Shown here in pieces: positions 55,952 through 58,437 of a stretch of 58,437 nucleotides of DNA (the first letter of the stretch is position 1; every line of letters starts with the position of its first letter). Origin of the DNA: an uncultured Coriobacteriales bacterium (GTDB taxonomy: Bacteria > Actinomycetota > Coriobacteriia > WRKU01 > JAENWW01); NCBI GenBank assembly GCA_937858655.1, contig CALLZE010000155.1, positions 1 through 58,437 of the forward strand, read 5' to 3'. Position numbers and translations under genes: made by a program. A model generated the notes under the pieces. It had not been told where the DNA came from, made no database searches, and saw only the letters and a list, made by a program, of their open reading frames with translations.

Positions 55952-56518
55952 ATGAAAAATGCAAATGATGAACTATCAAACGACCAGCGCAAGATACTGC
56001 TCGCTACGCTAGAAACGCGCTTTGCGCAAAATCAAACACGTCATAAAGATTTGTCCTGGGAAAATATTGAGACTCGATTGGAATCGAGTCCAGCAAAGGT
56101 GTGGTCTCTCTATAAGATGGAAGAGACTGGCGGCGAGCCCGATGTTGTGGCATTTGATGTCAGCACTGGTGAGTACATTTTTGTTGATTGCTCAGCCGAA
56201 AGCCCAAAAGGTCGGAGAAGCCTTTGCTATGATCGGGCGGCCCTGGAATCCAGAAAAGAGCACAAGCCCGAAAATAGCGCGATTGAAATGGCGGCTCTTC
56301 TTGGCATTGAGTTGCTCAACGAAGAGCACTATCGGGAACTGCAAAAACTGGATGCATTTGATTTGAAGACATCCAGCTGGATTGAGACACCGTCTGCCAT
56401 CAGGGAGCTTGGGGGAGCACTCTTTTGCGAGCGCAGATATGACACCGTTTTCGTTTTTCATAATGGGGCAGAATCCTATTATGCTGCTCGGGGTTTCCGC
56501 GGCCTTTTGAGAGTCTAA
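55952..56518 (+). CDS. DUF4256 domain-containing protein
   Basis: METGGEPDVVAFD..GEYIFVDCSAESPKGRRSLCYDRAALESRKEHKPENSAIEMA...HNGAESYYAARGFRGLLRV matches my recollection of DUF4256. The ATG at 55952 follows GAGGTG. Confidence 0.75.
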   Translation: MKNANDELSNDQRKILLATLETRFAQNQTRHKDLSWENIETRLESSPAKVWSLYKMEETGGEPDVVAFDVSTGEYIFVDCSAESPKGRRSLCYDRAALESRKEHKPENSAIEMAALLGIELLNEEHYRELQKLDAFDLKTSSWIETPSAIRELGGALFCERRYDTVFVFHNGAESYYAARGFRGLLRV

Positions 56519-56624
56519 TTCTGCTCTTTTTGTTTATTTTCTTGGTTCAAAACATCTTCCTACGGTGAAGTTATATCTTATATATGTTCACCCCCTAACT
56601 GTTTCGAAAAAGCCTGGAGGCGAA

Positions 56625-57479
56625 ATGAAGTTAAAAAAAATAAGAAACCTTGTTATTAAATTTGCACTCTTATTGTTAGGTTCGGCCATCGCGGCCGTAG
56701 GTCTCGAAATATTTCTTGTGCCCAATAACATTATTGATGGCGGTATTGTTGGTATTTCGATTATCAGCAGTCATCTCTCCAAACTTCCCCTTGGTTTGTT
56801 CACTTTTGTTTTAAATGTGCCCTTTTTGATTTTGGGATACCGGCACATTGGGAAGACCTTTGTTATCTCGTCGCTGTTTTCTATTTCTGCCTTTTCAATC
56901 TTCATTTCCTTGCTTCATCCCGTCGCTGGTTTAACTGACGATGTCCTTTTGGCCACCGTTTTTGGCGGAATCATTCTCGGTGTGGGCGTCGGATTTATTT
57001 TAAGAAGCGGTGGATCGCTCGATGGCTCAGAGATTGTGGCCATAATTTTGAGTCGGCGCTCATTTCTCTCAGTCGGGCAGATTGTGATGATAATCAACAT
57101 CGTAATTTTTAGCCTTGCCGCTCTCGCGCTCGGTTGGGATAGGGCGCTTTACTCGATGATTGCGTATTTCATTGCGCACAAAGCAATTGACATTATTGTT
57201 GAAGGCTTCGATGAAGCCAAAGCGGTGATGATAATTTCTGAAGAGGCCGATGAAATTACCGAGCTCATAGGATGTCGACTTGGCCGAAGTGTTATGACTT
57301 GGGAAGGCCAGGCAGGGTGTTCAAATGAGGCGCGAAAAATCATTTATGCGGTTGTAACGCGTATTGAAATCTCAAAACTGCGTGTTATTGCCCTCGAACA
57401 AGACCCCCACGCTTTTATCTCTGTTCAAGATGTTGCGGACGTTACGGAAGGTAGCTTTAAGAAACGAGCGATTCACTAA
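56625..57479 (+). CDS. YitT-family membrane protein with C-terminal DUF2179 domain
   Basis: ALLLLGSAIAAVGLEIFLVPNNIIDGGIVGISII, a second repeat with GGSLDGSEIVA, and a soluble C-terminal domain. The ATG at 56625 follows GGAGG. Confidence 0.85.
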   Translation: MKLKKIRNLVIKFALLLLGSAIAAVGLEIFLVPNNIIDGGIVGISIISSHLSKLPLGLFTFVLNVPFLILGYRHIGKTFVISSLFSISAFSIFISLLHPVAGLTDDVLLATVFGGIILGVGVGFILRSGGSLDGSEIVAIILSRRSFLSVGQIVMIINIVIFSLAALALGWDRALYSMIAYFIAHKAIDIIVEGFDEAKAVMIISEEADEITELIGCRLGRSVMTWEGQAGCSNEARKIIYAVVTRIEISKLRVIALEQDPHAFISVQDVADVTEGSFKKRAIH

Positions 57480-57535
57480 AGGGCTGAGATGGGTATGCTC
57501 CCAGTATTCAGCACCCTAAAGGAGATGAGTGCGTC

Positions 57536-58159
57536 ATGTCCACTGATTTTAAAAAAACTGATAGAGAGCTCTACCATCCAAAGACAACCCCTTCAATTAT
57601 CGACGTTCCTGAAATGAAGTTTATTGCTGTGGACGGAGCAGGGGACCCCAATACGAGTGCGGATTTTGACACGGCGGTTCAGCTTCTCTACGGACTTTCA
57701 TATGCTATCAAGATGGGTAACAAGGCAATATTGGAATATGTTGTTGCTCCACTTGAGGGCTATTGGGATGTAGAAGGCCAATTTACGGGAGGCGGCGCGC
57801 CGATCGCTGACAAAAACAAGTTTGTATGGACGCTAGTTATTCGTCAGCCAGACTTTGTGAGTGAAGAGATTTTCCAGTCAGCAAAAGAGGCGCTTGCTCA
57901 GAAAAAGCCAAATCTTGATGTCTCAAGGGCTCGGCTCGAAGAGATTACTGAAGGGCTATGCGTTCAAGCGATGCATATCGGTTCTTACGATAGCGAGCCT
58001 ACTACCGTTGCCGCTCTTGAGAAATTCGCGACCGATAACGGCTATGAAATTGATATGAGTGATACACGCAGGCACCATGAAATTTATATCTCTGACCCAC
58101 AAAGGGTTGCTCCTGAAAAATTGAAAACAGTGCTGCGCCATCCTATACGAAAACGCTAA
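57536..58159 (+). CDS. GyrI-like small-molecule-binding domain protein
   Basis: KKTDRELYHPKTTPSIIDVPEMKFIAVDGAGDPN..., QAMHIGSYDSEPTTVAALEKFA and HHEIYISDPQRVAPEKLKTVLRHPI. Confidence 0.75.
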   Translation: MSTDFKKTDRELYHPKTTPSIIDVPEMKFIAVDGAGDPNTSADFDTAVQLLYGLSYAIKMGNKAILEYVVAPLEGYWDVEGQFTGGGAPIADKNKFVWTLVIRQPDFVSEEIFQSAKEALAQKKPNLDVSRARLEEITEGLCVQAMHIGSYDSEPTTVAALEKFATDNGYEIDMSDTRRHHEIYISDPQRVAPEKLKTVLRHPIRKR

Positions 58160-58260
58160 ATATTAAGTTCTGGAACATAAAGGCATAATCCAAGGATTAG
58201 TGCCAGTCATTTTATTTTGTGCAGTGCAATATTATTCATACTATAAATGGAGGGGTAAAT

Positions 58261-58437
58261 GTGGATGATTATTCGCGGCTCAAAGAAGAGTTATTTTCCT
58301 TAGTTCCATGTGCATTTTTTGTTGAAGTTGTCTGTGCGGAACTGCCAGAAGGCATGGGGAGATTGGTTGATATAAACTTCATTCCAATTTTAGAAACTTA
58401 TTTTTCCAAATTAGAACCTAGAATAAGTTTTGCTTTC
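58261..58437 (+). CDS. Partial ORF of unknown function (3' end outside the window; absent from the ORF track)
   Basis: GTG at 58261 lies 5 nt after GGAGGGG. The frame stays open for 59 codons to the window edge (VDDYSRLKEELFSLVPCAFFVEVVCAELPEGMGRLVDINFIPILETYFSKLEPRISFAF). Confidence 0.4.
   Translation, partial: MDDYSRLKEELFSLVPCAFFVEVVCAELPEGMGRLVDINFIPILETYFSKLEPRISFAF

Overview
This window is the chromosomal replication-origin neighbourhood of a mid-GC Gram-positive genome. By inference it is most consistent with Actinomycetota of the Coriobacteriia type. The supporting signals are the gene order dnaA-dnaN-recF-DUF721/DciA-gyrB-gyrA, a UPF0182 protein, an NRMT-type NRAMP, a multihaem cytochrome, hcp and cytochrome bd. 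Gene orientation flips at about 31.1 kb. Almost everything to the left is on the minus strand: rpmH-rnpA-yidD-yidC-jag, rsmG-parA-parB, addB-addA, and a cell-envelope block. From about 31.8 kb to 51 kb everything is on the plus strand: dnaA through gyrA, uracil salvage, a MacAB-like exporter and cydAB. The right end carries a redox/nitrosative-stress cluster (cydAB, hcp, Crp/Fnr regulator, flavodiiron protein), a tRNA-Gly(CCC) and a few accessory genes. I saw no transposases, integrases, CRISPR arrays or rRNA.

The items I consider most worth follow-up are:
1. A 296-codon GHKL-ATPase plus winged-HTH gene sits inside the rpmH-dnaA origin gap and overlaps the dnaA start codon.
2. A three-part putative Mg2+ module: a structured leader with an SD-sequestering helix, a PRC-barrel/MgtE_N/CBS protein without a recognisable MgtE pore, and an NRAMP whose metal-site residues match the Mg2+-transporting NRMT clade.
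3. A bipartite oriC with four perfect DnaA boxes on one side and a box/GC/trinucleotide-repeat unwinding-type element on the other, plus twin perfect parS sites.
4. An orphan G-run (C-run on the other strand) spacer between two convergent terminators next to hcp.
5. A perfect 8-4-8 palindrome between hcp and its divergent Crp/Fnr regulator.

All homology calls are from motif recognition by eye, not from searches.
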